IMG/VR virus record: IMGVR_UViG_3300031922_000090
Coordinates: 1 to 64,000 of that record
Strand: one strand, 5' to 3'
DNA: 64,000 nt
Origin: a virus
Below, in pieces: positions 1 through 9,366 of this stretch (position 1 is the first letter of the stretch; each line of letters begins with the position of its first letter). Made by a program: the position numbers and the translations under genes. Under the pieces are notes generated by a model that worked only from the letters and a program-made list of their open reading frames with translations, was not told where the DNA came from and made no database searches.

Positions 1-58
1 TAGAAACGCCTTGAGCGATAGTCTGAACAGTTTGCTGAGTGACTCGGGCGTTAGACAT
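1..58 (-). CDS. partial CDS, N-terminus only (continues past the left edge); unknown late/tail-region protein
   Basis: ATG at 58 (minus) opens MSNARVTQQTVQTIAQGVS... with no stop before the window edge. It lies directly downstream of 101..1150 in the same orientation. Confidence 0.3.
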   Translation of the reverse strand, partial: MSNARVTQQTVQTIAQGVS

Positions 59-100
59 CGTTTATTCTTCAAGGCATGGAAGCCGGAACGGCGGCGATTT

Positions 101-1150
101 TCAACTTCGAAATTCGACGCCCGCTTCCAATCCATTTATCTGAGCGGCGGTCCATGCGGCGGAGGTGTTTGGATTAACGAGGTGAAGTTTCCCGCAAATA
201 TAGTTATATGGTGCAGTCTGAAGCGGACTATCGACGTCGTCGGAATAGTCAATCCCACCTGTTCTAACAAACATTCTGACATTACGCCCGAGAGTATCGT
301 CACGGCGGGCGCGTATAACCGGGAAAACAGCTTCCGGCGTAACAACCGAAGCCGGAAGATCCCCAAGAACAAAACTTGATTTTTGTAAAGCAGTGTTAGA
401 CGCTATGTAATTTGTATCATCATTGTAAGCCGTCTCGCTAACAGACCCCCAATCAGTCGCGGCTCCTGTTGCCGTCCATGCAGAAACGTACCCGTCCGCC
501 GTCGGATGAACGGTAACAATGCGGCGCTCTGCGAGAAGATGACCATTGAACGGCGCGGAACCTACCGGGTCCATGATGATAGTGTCGTCCCATTGAACCG
601 GAGCGGTAGTACCCTGTTGCCAGAAAACTTTATTCACCCAAGCATTAACCGTACTCTGCGTATTCCCGGTAAAGTCGAAAATAAGGTTTCCATCCAGATA
701 TGCCTGAACGCGACCATCGGTGGAGCCGATCTTGATATAGATTGAAAGCCAATACCATGTATTGAGGATTAACAGATCTAAAACCGTTGACCCGATCTGA
801 GTCCCGTTTCGCGTAAACCAGAGGCTCCCTGTCCCGCTAACTCGCATATCGATCTGAACGACGCCAAGGTTGCCATCCTGAAAAATGAGACACTGATTAT
901 CCGTGCCCGTTCCGCTTCGCATAATAGCGGTCGCGAAGTAAACCTCATTTTTCTGTCCCCCGAGGTTCCAGCGTAAAAATTCAAAGTTCGAGATATTCGT
1001 TCTTTTTCCGGAGGCATATCTTGTAGCCGTTGCTGTTGTAGAATATGAGCAATCTTCGCAGAAAGCCCCATCGAAATATCTTTTCCCAACAATATGCGCA
1101 GCGCGACTTGTTGTATGTTCGTCGTAACTTTCGGCGATAAGCAGAGCCAT
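101..1150 (-). CDS. tail-region protein with a LamG/concanavalin-A-like lectin signature (possible receptor-binding or distal tail component)
   Basis: 349-aa ORF two genes after the tape measure. NTWYWLSIYIKIGSTDGRVQAYLDGNLIFDFTG resembles the W..h....G...lYlDG core of LamG-type jelly rolls. By eye only. Confidence 0.4.
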   Translation of the reverse strand: MALLIAESYDEHTTSRAAHIVGKRYFDGAFCEDCSYSTTATATRYASGKRTNISNFEFLRWNLGGQKNEVYFATAIMRSGTGTDNQCLIFQDGNLGVVQIDMRVSGTGSLWFTRNGTQIGSTVLDLLILNTWYWLSIYIKIGSTDGRVQAYLDGNLIFDFTGNTQSTVNAWVNKVFWQQGTTAPVQWDDTIIMDPVGSAPFNGHLLAERRIVTVHPTADGYVSAWTATGAATDWGSVSETAYNDDTNYIASNTALQKSSFVLGDLPASVVTPEAVFPVIRARRDDTLGRNVRMFVRTGGIDYSDDVDSPLQTAPYNYICGKLHLVNPNTSAAWTAAQINGLEAGVEFRS

Positions 1151-1177
1151 AACTGAAATTCCTCCATAGGAATTAGA

Positions 1178-1588
1178 TTAAAGTTTGAAGATCCTGTTCG
1201 AATCGTTCGGCCAACTTACGGTAATGTTCCCGCCGTTCGGAATACAGGGAAGTCCCGTATAATTGTCGATATATGCAATGAGCCGGGAGGTTGTCTCAGT
1301 CCCGGTATGCCTGTAAATGACAATCGCTTCGAACTGATCGCCGGAGACTGCCGGAATCGTATGATCGTCCGCATCGCATACGCCATTCACTGCTGTCTTG
1401 TTTCCCAACGAAGCGGAACTTACGGCAACCCGCGCAATGGCAGGAATGTCGTTAAGAAAATCGTGCGTTGCCTGATCGACTAAATAGTCGGCACTATCGG
1501 CGAAGATCAACCGGATATCGTCTGCGGGCCAATTGATCGCGGCGATTGCGAAACCTTCTCGGCCTTTGTCGTACATGAAAGTTGCCAT
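1178..1588 (-). CDS. hypothetical tail-region protein
   Basis: 136-aa ORF starting 24 nt after the TMP stop, with an AGGAGA SD-like element about 8 nt upstream of the ATG. Confidence 0.45.
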   Translation of the reverse strand: MATFMYDKGREGFAIAAINWPADDIRLIFADSADYLVDQATHDFLNDIPAIARVAVSSASLGNKTAVNGVCDADDHTIPAVSGDQFEAIVIYRHTGTETTSRLIAYIDNYTGLPCIPNGGNITVSWPNDSNRIFKL

Positions 1589-1611
1589 TGTTCATTTCTC
1601 CTGTCAAAGTT

Positions 1612-4600
1612 TTAGATATCAACGCCCCTCGATCTCCAAGTCGAAACCATCTGATTAGCGACCTGCTGAGCGTCGGCGTTATTGACGTTAACGTTAAGGG
1701 AGAGAATCGGCGTCGAAGTGACTCCAGTATAAGGCGCTCCCCAATAGACACCCGCAGGTTGAGCGGGACCGATTCCAGCGGGCGAAGCGAAAAAAGATCC
1801 GGTCGTCTGAGAAACTTTGTTTCCGAGATCGGAGGCGGCATCGACCATTTTCGTCATTGCGAACGAAGCGGATTGTCCAATGGAAGCGGCAGCTCTCTGA
1901 ATAACGTTCCCGGCGCGGGATGCGGCGTCCCCGAGAAGCATGATTGAAGGATAGATCCGGTCCGTTGCAGCATCAATTCTGTAGCCGAACTCCGAGAGAG
2001 AAGAAGCAGCATTCCCGGAAACTTCAGCGATCGCGTGAAGCGGCGGCTCAACAATCTCCGGAAGCGCTTCATATTGCCTGCTCATAATCGTTAGGTTATC
2101 CGAAGCGGAGTTGACCTCGCCGGAGAAAGCCTTCAAGCGGCGTTCGCTTTCCTTGAATGCGCCTGTTACCTCTTTAGTCGTACCAGTAAGATCTTTGAGA
2201 GCTTTTTCCTGTTTTTCTTCCGGAGATTCTCGGCCAGTCACTGTCTTTTCTTCTTTAGCAATTATACCTTCAGAAAAAACACGGAGGATATCTGTGAGAC
2301 GGTCGCGGCATTCCTCAACCGTCGCCATAAGCTGCCCGAAGTATCTAAGATAATCCCACGCCCAATCGTTGAGACCTTGAATTCCTGGCAGGAACTTGTT
2401 AAACAATTCCTGGAACGAAAGAAGCTGACTCTGCATTGCGCGGGTTGTAACCTCGATACGCGCGATATCCTGTTCCATGCGTCGGCCCTGGAAGTACTGC
2501 AATACGCTTGCTACGGCGGTAACAGCAGCGGAAACGGCATTGACTATGTTGAGAGCCTTTGAAAAGCCCGTAGCTACCGCTGTCCCGGCTTTTGCAGCGG
2601 CTCCTCCGGCCTGTGCGGCGCTTTGTGCGGCGGAAGTCGCGGCTCTTGCGGCGTTCGTTGCGGTATCAGCAGCGTTTTTAGCAATTTCCGCAGTCTTCAT
2701 AGCGGTCGCTGCGGCAATTTCCCCGGATTTAGCAAGGTTTGTGATAACCGGCCCGATTTGCGCAAGATTCCCAACACCGAATGTTCCTGCAAAAGCATTA
2801 CGAATCACAGGAATTTTCCGGAGTATTCCGTTGAAACCGTCCATAACAGAACCAAAAAGATTTCTCGTAAGCCAGTCAGAAACACTTTTTGTCAGATTAT
2901 CAAAAATACCCTCGAGTTGCTTACTAAAAGGTTTAGTGAAAATATCACTGAAGGATGACAGCATTGACCGCCCCAGGTTCTGGAAAGATGTTGCAAAACC
3001 TTTGAAGTCCCGGTCAATCAGGTTACCAAAAATATCCTTAAAACCGACATTAAGAGTTTGCCGGAAACCGTTGACAGATTCAGTAAAGGCAAGCTGCATC
3101 GCAGCCCCGGATCTCAGCGAAGAAGAAACAATAAAACCAAACAAACCAGTATTTAATGCCTTAAAATCTTCGATATTCTTGTTTTCTGCGCTTGCTTTTC
3201 TCCGGAGGAAATTAAGATAGGCGTCTTCGATTTGTTTAGCGGATGCAGTACCGGAATCCCGAATCGTTTCGAAGGCCCTCCGTGCTCTATCCGCTTCTAC
3301 CGACAGTTCAGCAAACTGCCCTCCGGAGCGGATAAGCGTTTCATCGAAGGCAATACCAGCGGCACGATAAGCGGCAACTAAGTCGTCGATTGCCTGTTCC
3401 TGTTGCTTCCACTCTCCAATAAAATCGGGAGGAGGAGGAAGTTTGCGAACATCGCTATTTAATTCAGCGATGCGCTTATTGATCTCATCGAGTTCTCTAA
3501 TCTGCTGATCAAAGTCAAATTCCCTCTTATAAAGCCGCATCCGCTCTCGGGCTTCGGTAAGAACCTTTACCTGTTCCTGAATAGCGTTTGCTAAATTTTT
3601 ATGTCCTTTGTTAGCAGCCCGGTTTGCTGCGACTTCAAGATCCGAAATTTCCTCCGTCAATGAGCGTATAGTCCGGTCAACGTTGAAGCCCTCACTCATT
3701 GCTCGCCGGAATTGCTCGAATGTTTTCGGGAGATCCTTCACCCGGTCCTGAACCCGATCAAATACTTTATCGATGGACGCCATCTCTTTAGCATGGTCTC
3801 GAGTTGCTACGGCAGCCTGCTTTTGCGCATCGCGGTATTCCTTCAAGGAAAATGCGGTCTCGCCGACTTTCTTCGTTAAGCTACCGGCAGCGGCACCTCC
3901 TCTCTCCATTGCTTTTTGAGATTCGTCCCCCATAGACTTCATTGCCCCGGCAGAATTCTTCGCAGCGGTAGAAAGCCCATTTAGCTTATTGAGCCAATTC
4001 TCTAAAGCTTTCGCGGTCTCCCCGGCTCCGATTGCACGTGCGGCGGTTAGTGCGCCCTCAACTATCCACTTCAAACCATTCTGAAAAATCGCAACAATCC
4101 CATTCCAGATACTGATAAAGAAAGTTCTAACACCTGTCCAGACTGAGGAAATATAACCGGCAACCCGCGTTCCAAAAGCTTTCTCAATCCATTCCATAAT
4201 CCAACGTCCAAAAGAAGAGAAAGCATTCCCAAGATCTGTCCAGATTCCGAGTAGGACTGCCTTGATATCATCCCAATGTTTGTAGATGGTGTAGGCGATT
4301 GCGGCGAGTGCTGTACCAGCAGCCACAATCGCACCCATGCCAACAGTGACGGGCGCGGCGGCAGCCCCGAAGGCAATTAAAGCAGCTTTAGCAGAGCCGA
4401 GCGCAGCAGAGATTCCTCCAGCGGAGGCAAGTGACGCGATAAAGCCGGTAATCGAGGCTCCGATAGTAGACAGGGCTCCCCGTATGCCTTGCCCTTGGGT
4501 CAGAGACGCGGCGAAACCGGCGATAGCAACCGTCATGCTCTTGAAGCCTTCGGAAAATCGCCTTGCGTTGTCCAAGGCAAATGTCGCGGCGGCAGCCCCG

Positions 4601-6066
4601 AACTCAGCAATTGCCTGTCTTGAACTTGACAGTGCTCCCGGAATGCCCCGGAATCCAGCGATTATCGCGTTACCGAATCCCTGAATTCCTCCTACAACGC
4701 CACCAAGCATCTCTTTTAGGTGGAGCCCCTGGAGGAATGTAGCGAAGCCAGCAAAGATTCCTTTTCCCGTATTAAGATTTGTACCAAGCGTTAAAAACGA
4801 ACTGCCGATACTTGCCAAAATCGGTCCAAGAACTTTAAGTTCGCCTATCGAGCTAACTACCATCCCAAGCGCAACCATCGCCGGACCTGCAACGAGAGCA
4901 AGCCCCCCTAAAGCGATAATGAAAACCTGAATTGATTGCGGCATCCCGGCGAAAGCTTCGGCGAGCTTACCAAGACTATTAACCATCTTGATTGCCATAC
5001 CAAGCAATGTCTGAATCGCCGGAGCTAAAATTTTACCTACCTGGATTCCGACTGTCTCCAGAGATGACATTAGCTCTTCCCACTGGCCTGCAACGCCTCG
5101 CCGGATAATAGATGCCATCCTGTCAGCAGCACCCGTGAAATTTTCAATTTCGGCGCGAGTCCTAATAAACGCGGCTCCACCCTTATCAATAAGTGGAATT
5201 ACCTCAGACCACCGTTGGCCGAAGATCGCGTAGGCAGCGGCAGCATTAGTTGTTAAAGGCTGTAGTTCGGCAATAAGTTCTCTCAGTGGTTTAATTCTGC
5301 CCGTTGTATCCAGAACATTGATACCAAGGGCTTTCATTGTATCCGCCGCTTTCGGTGTCGCGGAGGAAAGATCGTTGATGATATTCCGGAGTGCTGTTCC
5401 GCCTCTCTCCCCACGGATACCGGCGTCGGCAAGAACACCAAGCGCAGCGGCAGCGTCGAGAAAATCCACCCCAACAGCTTTAGCTACAGGACCAACATAT
5501 GAAAAAGCCCACCCGAGTTCTTTGACCGATGTTGCGCCCGTAGCCGAGGTTTTTGCGAGAATATCCGCAATCTTTTGGGTATCCTCTGCTTGGAACCCAT
5601 AACCTTTAAGAATATCCGAAGTGATTTGCGCCGCATCCGCTAAAGCCATTTGCTCAGTGGCAGCGAGAGCCAAAAGACCCGGCATCGCCATGTAAATTTC
5701 GTTCGTCTTAAACCCGGCAGCGGCAAGATTTCCCATTGCCTCGGCAGCTTGTTTCGCTGAATACTGGGTCTTTGCCCCGAGTTCCATGGCCTGATCGGAG
5801 AGCTTTCTTAATTCCTCCCCGAAAATATCGCCAAGAGCGGAAACCCGGTTCATTTCCTTTTCGAAGCCAGCGAAAACCAGCGTAGCAGCGGTAGCAACCC
5901 CGGCAAGTGGGAGCGTGATTGCTTTCGTCATGCCCTCACCCATTGATTGCATCGCCTCGCCCTGCTCACGTAATTTTCTTTGGGTATCCTGAATACCTTT
6001 GGAAAAATCTGTTATGTCCATCCCAAGACGGACAAACAAATCGCCAATTTTGGTCCCCCCGGCCAT
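1612..6066 (-). CDS. tail tape measure protein
   Basis: 1484-aa ORF with TMP core AMELGAKTQYSAKQAAEAMGNLAAAGFKTNEIYMAMPGLLALA, an Ala/Gly-rich hydrophobic middle and a long coiled-coil C-terminal half. It follows the G/GT chaperone pair. Confidence 0.9.
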   Translation of the reverse strand: MAGGTKIGDLFVRLGMDITDFSKGIQDTQRKLREQGEAMQSMGEGMTKAITLPLAGVATAATLVFAGFEKEMNRVSALGDIFGEELRKLSDQAMELGAKTQYSAKQAAEAMGNLAAAGFKTNEIYMAMPGLLALAATEQMALADAAQITSDILKGYGFQAEDTQKIADILAKTSATGATSVKELGWAFSYVGPVAKAVGVDFLDAAAALGVLADAGIRGERGGTALRNIINDLSSATPKAADTMKALGINVLDTTGRIKPLRELIAELQPLTTNAAAAYAIFGQRWSEVIPLIDKGGAAFIRTRAEIENFTGAADRMASIIRRGVAGQWEELMSSLETVGIQVGKILAPAIQTLLGMAIKMVNSLGKLAEAFAGMPQSIQVFIIALGGLALVAGPAMVALGMVVSSIGELKVLGPILASIGSSFLTLGTNLNTGKGIFAGFATFLQGLHLKEMLGGVVGGIQGFGNAIIAGFRGIPGALSSSRQAIAEFGAAAATFALDNARRFSEGFKSMTVAIAGFAASLTQGQGIRGALSTIGASITGFIASLASAGGISAALGSAKAALIAFGAAAAPVTVGMGAIVAAGTALAAIAYTIYKHWDDIKAVLLGIWTDLGNAFSSFGRWIMEWIEKAFGTRVAGYISSVWTGVRTFFISIWNGIVAIFQNGLKWIVEGALTAARAIGAGETAKALENWLNKLNGLSTAAKNSAGAMKSMGDESQKAMERGGAAAGSLTKKVGETAFSLKEYRDAQKQAAVATRDHAKEMASIDKVFDRVQDRVKDLPKTFEQFRRAMSEGFNVDRTIRSLTEEISDLEVAANRAANKGHKNLANAIQEQVKVLTEARERMRLYKREFDFDQQIRELDEINKRIAELNSDVRKLPPPPDFIGEWKQQEQAIDDLVAAYRAAGIAFDETLIRSGGQFAELSVEADRARRAFETIRDSGTASAKQIEDAYLNFLRRKASAENKNIEDFKALNTGLFGFIVSSSLRSGAAMQLAFTESVNGFRQTLNVGFKDIFGNLIDRDFKGFATSFQNLGRSMLSSFSDIFTKPFSKQLEGIFDNLTKSVSDWLTRNLFGSVMDGFNGILRKIPVIRNAFAGTFGVGNLAQIGPVITNLAKSGEIAAATAMKTAEIAKNAADTATNAARAATSAAQSAAQAGGAAAKAGTAVATGFSKALNIVNAVSAAVTAVASVLQYFQGRRMEQDIARIEVTTRAMQSQLLSFQELFNKFLPGIQGLNDWAWDYLRYFGQLMATVEECRDRLTDILRVFSEGIIAKEEKTVTGRESPEEKQEKALKDLTGTTKEVTGAFKESERRLKAFSGEVNSASDNLTIMSRQYEALPEIVEPPLHAIAEVSGNAASSLSEFGYRIDAATDRIYPSIMLLGDAASRAGNVIQRAAASIGQSASFAMTKMVDAASDLGNKVSQTTGSFFASPAGIGPAQPAGVYWGAPYTGVTSTPILSLNVNVNNADAQQVANQMVSTWRSRGVDI

Positions 6067-6067
6067 A

Positions 6068-6813
6068 TTAGGAGCCCTCGCCCAAAATTCGAACGATCTC
6101 TTCTTTCTCCAGAGGCTTCATAGCTGGCGGCAATTTGCCACCGTAAGCAACCGTCAGAGCTTTAGCGATTTCTAACTGCTGTTGCCATGTTTGGCGTGGT
6201 TTCTCTCCTTTTGCCTCCCGGCGCTTAGGCATAAAGTCGGAAATCTTAAATGCTTTCCGTTTCCCACGGTGAGCATTTGCGAAGATTGTAGCGATTAGGG
6301 CAAACCGCGCGTCTTCAATTTCCAGACTCTCGATATAGGCATCGTATAGCCGGAAAAATTCAAACGGAGTAAGCCGGAAGAAAGAGTCGTCGGAAAGCTG
6401 AAGCTGGATCCGGGCAATCTGCCAAAGGCGTAGGTAGTCTAACCGGCCAGCGCGAGAAACGTCTCGTTGCTCATCCCTGCCGGTACTGCTAAAGGGCGGA
6501 CAGATCCGTCCTCCGGGCCGGAAATCGCATTCGTCCATGCTTTTGAGACCTGCCCCATGACGTAAGGCAAGTTTCCGAGATGGAGTAAACGGCCTACCTG
6601 TTTCTCGGTTAGCGTAGGGTCGTCTTCCCGCAAAGACAGCCATAGCATGAGCCGGACATCTGCCGTTTTCATCCCGGACCACGCTTCGGCGTTCATCACC
6701 GAACGCCCGGTTCGTTCTTCGAGTTCGATCAAGGCATTGAAATTTACCCGGAGCATTCGGATTTTGTCGAGTTCGATCTCGACAGAAGGTGTGATATAGC
6801 GCTGCGAAGCCAT
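6068..6813 (-). CDS. tail assembly chaperone, -1 frameshift fusion product (gpGT-like), predicted ~248 aa
   Basis: The G frame (codon starts = 0 mod 3) and the downstream frame of ORF 6068..6838 (= 1 mod 3) differ by exactly -1 on the minus strand. After the slip the sequence reads ...VRP(L/F)SSTGRDEQRDVSRAGRLDYLRLWQIARIQLQLSDD... Confidence 0.55.
6439..6813 (-). CDS. tail assembly chaperone (gpG-like)
   Basis: 124-aa ORF between the major tail protein and TMP. Its 3' end is overlapped by a -1 frame ORF, the canonical siphovirus G/GT layout. Confidence 0.7.
   Translation of the reverse strand: MASQRYITPSVEIELDKIRMLRVNFNALIELEERTGRSVMNAEAWSGMKTADVRLMLWLSLREDDPTLTEKQVGRLLHLGNLPYVMGQVSKAWTNAISGPEDGSVRPLAVPAGMSNETFLALAG
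6490..6496 (-). promoter_or_regulatory. candidate -1 programmed frameshift slippery heptamer C_CCU_UUA
   Basis: The minus strand reads CGC CCT TTA in the G frame, giving X_XXY_YYZ = C_CCU_UUA. It sits 16 codons before the G stop, and the -1 frame is open from here to 6068. Confidence 0.5.
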
Positions 6814-6953
6814 CGCTGGAGATCCTCTCCTGTATCATCTCCGGTCCCCCTTCAGATACCCTGTCTTGTACGCTACGCTGCCCGTAGACGCCCCACAGTA
6901 GAAAAGCGGAGACCAGACCCTCTTCTCTACTGAAAAAGATGCCTCAGACGATT

Positions 6954-7391
6954 CTAGGCAAGCGTCGGCGGGCCGGAAACCTTTGCCGTAACGGACGCCA
7001 TGAGAACCTCCGCCGGATCCGATGACATCTCGAAGCCGGTAAAAATAACCGGGATAGTCCAAGTTGTCGCACCCGTATCCGGAAAAACAATCTGAATGTT
7101 GCGCCGTGCCCGAGTAGTGATGTCCTTCAAAATTCCGGCAGAGTGCGAATGAGTCGGCTCCGTCGGGATGAAGTTTAGCTCGAAGGTTACCTCACCACCG
7201 TCAAGCAGCCCGGCAATGAAACGCCTCCACGGCGTCGGCGTGTTGTGCGTCGTGACGTCGATAGCGTCGGCGGAAATTGAAGGCCCTGAAATAGTGCGTA
7301 ATTCAGCAACAGTAGTGAAATTCTCTACTGGCGAAGCCCCATCTCCAAGCTTAAGAAGCGTCCCGAATGCGGAAACAGCAGCGCTAGACAT
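6954..7391 (-). CDS. major tail protein
   Basis: 145 aa. FGTLLKLGDG...FTTVAELRTISGPSISADAIDVTTHN...GGEVTFELNF is typical of siphovirus major tail proteins. It lies immediately upstream of the G/GT chaperones. Confidence 0.75.
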   Translation of the reverse strand: MSSAAVSAFGTLLKLGDGASPVENFTTVAELRTISGPSISADAIDVTTHNTPTPWRRFIAGLLDGGEVTFELNFIPTEPTHSHSAGILKDITTRARRNIQIVFPDTGATTWTIPVIFTGFEMSSDPAEVLMASVTAKVSGPPTLA

Positions 7392-7436
7392 TTTTACAGA
7401 TCTCCCTTTCTGAAAATCGTTCCTATTCCCTATCCG

Positions 7437-7793
7437 TTACGGACGCGGGAGGTTAATTACAGCAAATCCAATATCGGCGGAAGAAGCTTCAAAGTGAAGT
7501 TTTCCTCCCGACTGTCGCCACCCGTCGAGACTTCTAAACGGCCCGTAAACATGAAATGCCCCGGCAGCAATAGAGTCGGCCACAATATCTTTCGTCCGCC
7601 CTCGCGCATTCGCAACCGAGTTTATCGTCACCGTTGCAGCCCCGGCTCCGGTATTTCGCGCGACGATGATCTCCGCTCCGGTAAGAACGAACTCATTCTT
7701 ACTCGCAACATCAGCGGCGGAAAAAATAACAGCGACACCTGCTGAAGGAAAACTTCCCGGAGCGTTAGTTTTTGTTACATTAGTGCGCGGCAT
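7437..7793 (-). CDS. small virion-module protein, paralog 1 of 3 (unknown function)
   Basis: 118 aa. Shares T(K)T.APGS(F/Y)P..GV...AD...KN.F...G......RN.....TVTINS....GR..DI...S.A.GA.HV(Y/F)GPF....GW.Q.GGKLH with 7816..8178. Confidence 0.6.
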   Translation of the reverse strand: MPRTNVTKTNAPGSFPSAGVAVIFSAADVASKNEFVLTGAEIIVARNTGAGAATVTINSVANARGRTKDIVADSIAAGAFHVYGPFRSLDGWRQSGGKLHFEASSADIGFAVINLPRP

Positions 7794-7815
7794 ATGAAAA
7801 TTTCCTCCTGAGAAG

Positions 7816-8178
7816 TTATTCGTTCAACGGGAGAGCTACAACAGCAAACTTAACGTTGTTGTCTTCACCTTCAAGGTGAAGTTTTCCACCTGTTTGCTGC
7901 CACCCAAGCAGTTCCTTAAATGGACCGAAAACATGAACAGCACCAACAGCGAGAGATTGCGCTGTGATATCCCGGACCCGGCCCTGCGCATCGGGAGAGG
8001 AGTTAATTGTCACGGTTCTAGCAAGCGTAGCGTGCGCGTTGCGCACGAAGAGAAGATCATTCCCTCCCATTGTAAAAGCGTTTTTATTAACCGCGTCGGC
8101 GTCGGTCCATACCATCGTTACACCATCGGCAGGATAACTTCCGGGTGCGGTTGTTTTCGTGATAGGTGATCGCGCCAT
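7816..8178 (-). CDS. small virion-module protein, paralog 2 of 3
   Basis: 120 aa, roughly 40% identical by eye to 7437..7793. AACCGATAATATA motif 22 nt upstream of the ATG. Confidence 0.6.
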   Translation of the reverse strand: MARSPITKTTAPGSYPADGVTMVWTDADAVNKNAFTMGGNDLLFVRNAHATLARTVTINSSPDAQGRVRDITAQSLAVGAVHVFGPFKELLGWQQTGGKLHLEGEDNNVKFAVVALPLNE

Positions 8179-8199
8179 GCCGAGTTTTGCCTCTACACT

Positions 8200-8209
8200 A
8201 TATTATCGG
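8200..8209 (-). promoter_or_regulatory. CCGATAATAT late-region motif (candidate -10-type promoter element)
   Basis: The minus strand reads AACCGATAATATA, the same 13-mer as at 12880-12892. It is intergenic, upstream of 7816..8178. Confidence 0.35.
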
Positions 8210-8229
8210 TTCCGGTTTCCACTACACTG

Positions 8230-8580
8230 CTAAAATGGCGGAGAGACTATGGCAATGAAGATATCTGTATGACTCGGATCAAGATAAAGGTAGCCGTCCG
8301 CTTGCTTCCACCCGCTTAGCATGAATGGACCGTAAAGTTTTTGTTCGCCGGGTAAAATACTTTCGATGATATCCCGCTCGCGATTAAAAAGATCAGGAGA
8401 AGACTGAATTGTTACTGTGTGGGTAAGTGAAGCTGACGTATTCCTGACGGCAATATATTCTCCACCGATAATTTTAACCTTATTACCATTTATCGGATCT
8501 CCCGGATAAAAAACCAGCGTGGTTCCATGATGTGAGTAAGAACCCGGCGCTAAAGTTTTTTCAACAATCGTTCTTGACAT
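8230..8580 (-). CDS. small virion-module protein, paralog 3 of 3 (most divergent)
   Basis: 116 aa. Keeps APGSY, RN, TVTIQSSPD and YGPF..SGWKQ.DG.LYL in register with the other two paralogs. Confidence 0.55.
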   Translation of the reverse strand: MSRTIVEKTLAPGSYSHHGTTLVFYPGDPINGNKVKIIGGEYIAVRNTSASLTHTVTIQSSPDLFNRERDIIESILPGEQKLYGPFMLSGWKQADGYLYLDPSHTDIFIAIVSPPF

Positions 8581-8941
8581 CTTCGGGTAAACCTTCCGCT
8601 ATAAAATCGGGAATTAATGCTTCGAATAAAGCATCATCTGGAATTCCGGCTTCTTCCTCCTGTAGCTTTCCGGAAGCAATAGGAATTTCTTCTATCTTCC
8701 TACCGGCTTCATCGAATAAAAGAGCTTGAGCCGGTCGGGAAACAGCCTCAGATTTCGGAGAAGTATGCCGCGTAAAAACATGGAGTACTATATCATCTTC
8801 ACGAAAAAGATCCTGCGGGCAGAAAATACAACGATAGACTGCTAAGCCTTTCCATTCACCCAGTGTATAACCGCGCTCCCGGTCAAGATCGCTTTTCGGG
8901 TAGTGGCCGAGCATTCCCGGAGAATCGTAGTTCGGCATCAT
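8561..8941 (-). CDS. hypothetical protein with a classical C2H2 zinc-finger-like motif
   Basis: 126 aa. YRCIFCPQDLFREDDIVLHVFTRH fits C-X2-C-X3-L-X5-I-X2-H-X4-H. Acidic C-terminus. Confidence 0.5.
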   Translation of the reverse strand: MMPNYDSPGMLGHYPKSDLDRERGYTLGEWKGLAVYRCIFCPQDLFREDDIVLHVFTRHTSPKSEAVSRPAQALLFDEAGRKIEEIPIASGKLQEEEAGIPDDALFEALIPDFIAEGLPEDVKNDC

Positions 8942-9366
8942 ATTTTTGGTTGAACCTCAAAACGAAATCTAAGTACGAGATGCCGGACATCATCGGCCTC
9001 GGTAAACGCCTCATTTAACTCGATACGGATAGATACGGAATTCCACCCGGTCATCAAAATAGAACGGCGGTCTAAAAGTTCAGCGATTCGTTCAACGATA
9101 AACTTTCCCTCCTTCATGCCCTGATAATTTGAATAGACGTGAATCGTTTGAGTCACGGAGCGGGCAACCGTTGTTAAACGGTCGGCTCCCGCTTCCGTAG
9201 CCTCTCCGATTAGGATATAGGGAAAAGCTATGGGAACTTCCGGAGGAATAGTTCCATCAAAAATTCCTTTAGATCGTTGCTGCAATTCCGGATCCCGAGA
9301 CAGGACGGAGTAAACGCCCGTCTGAACCTCCCACATAGCGGACCCGGCACGAATTGGGTAGCTCAT
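8938..9366 (-). CDS. tail terminator / tail completion protein (DUF3168-like)
   Basis: 142 aa. Its position after the gp10-like gene and the pattern VYSVL...IPPEVPIAFPYILIGEAT... resemble the tail-terminator family. By eye only. Confidence 0.5.
   Translation of the reverse strand: MSYPIRAGSAMWEVQTGVYSVLSRDPELQQRSKGIFDGTIPPEVPIAFPYILIGEATEAGADRLTTVARSVTQTIHVYSNYQGMKEGKFIVERIAELLDRRSILMTGWNSVSIRIELNEAFTEADDVRHLVLRFRFEVQPKI

Noticed and set aside
311-320. Single plus-strand copy of GCGTATAACC
   Set aside because: It has the opposite orientation to all genes, is inside CDS 101..1150, and has no downstream ORF. One copy is the chance expectation.
1602-1607. Isolated TTGACA hexamers at 1602, 29624, 36681 and a few others inside genes
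   Set aside because: There is no TAnnnT at 17 +/- 1 nt, no spacer palindrome and no A/T upstream tract. They are chance matches or part of an RBS region.
6068-6838. 256-aa ORF taken at face value as a separate gene
   Set aside because: Its first ~115 codons are an out-of-frame read of gpG (Arg/Pro-rich nonsense). Only the 3' part is used, through the -1 frameshift.
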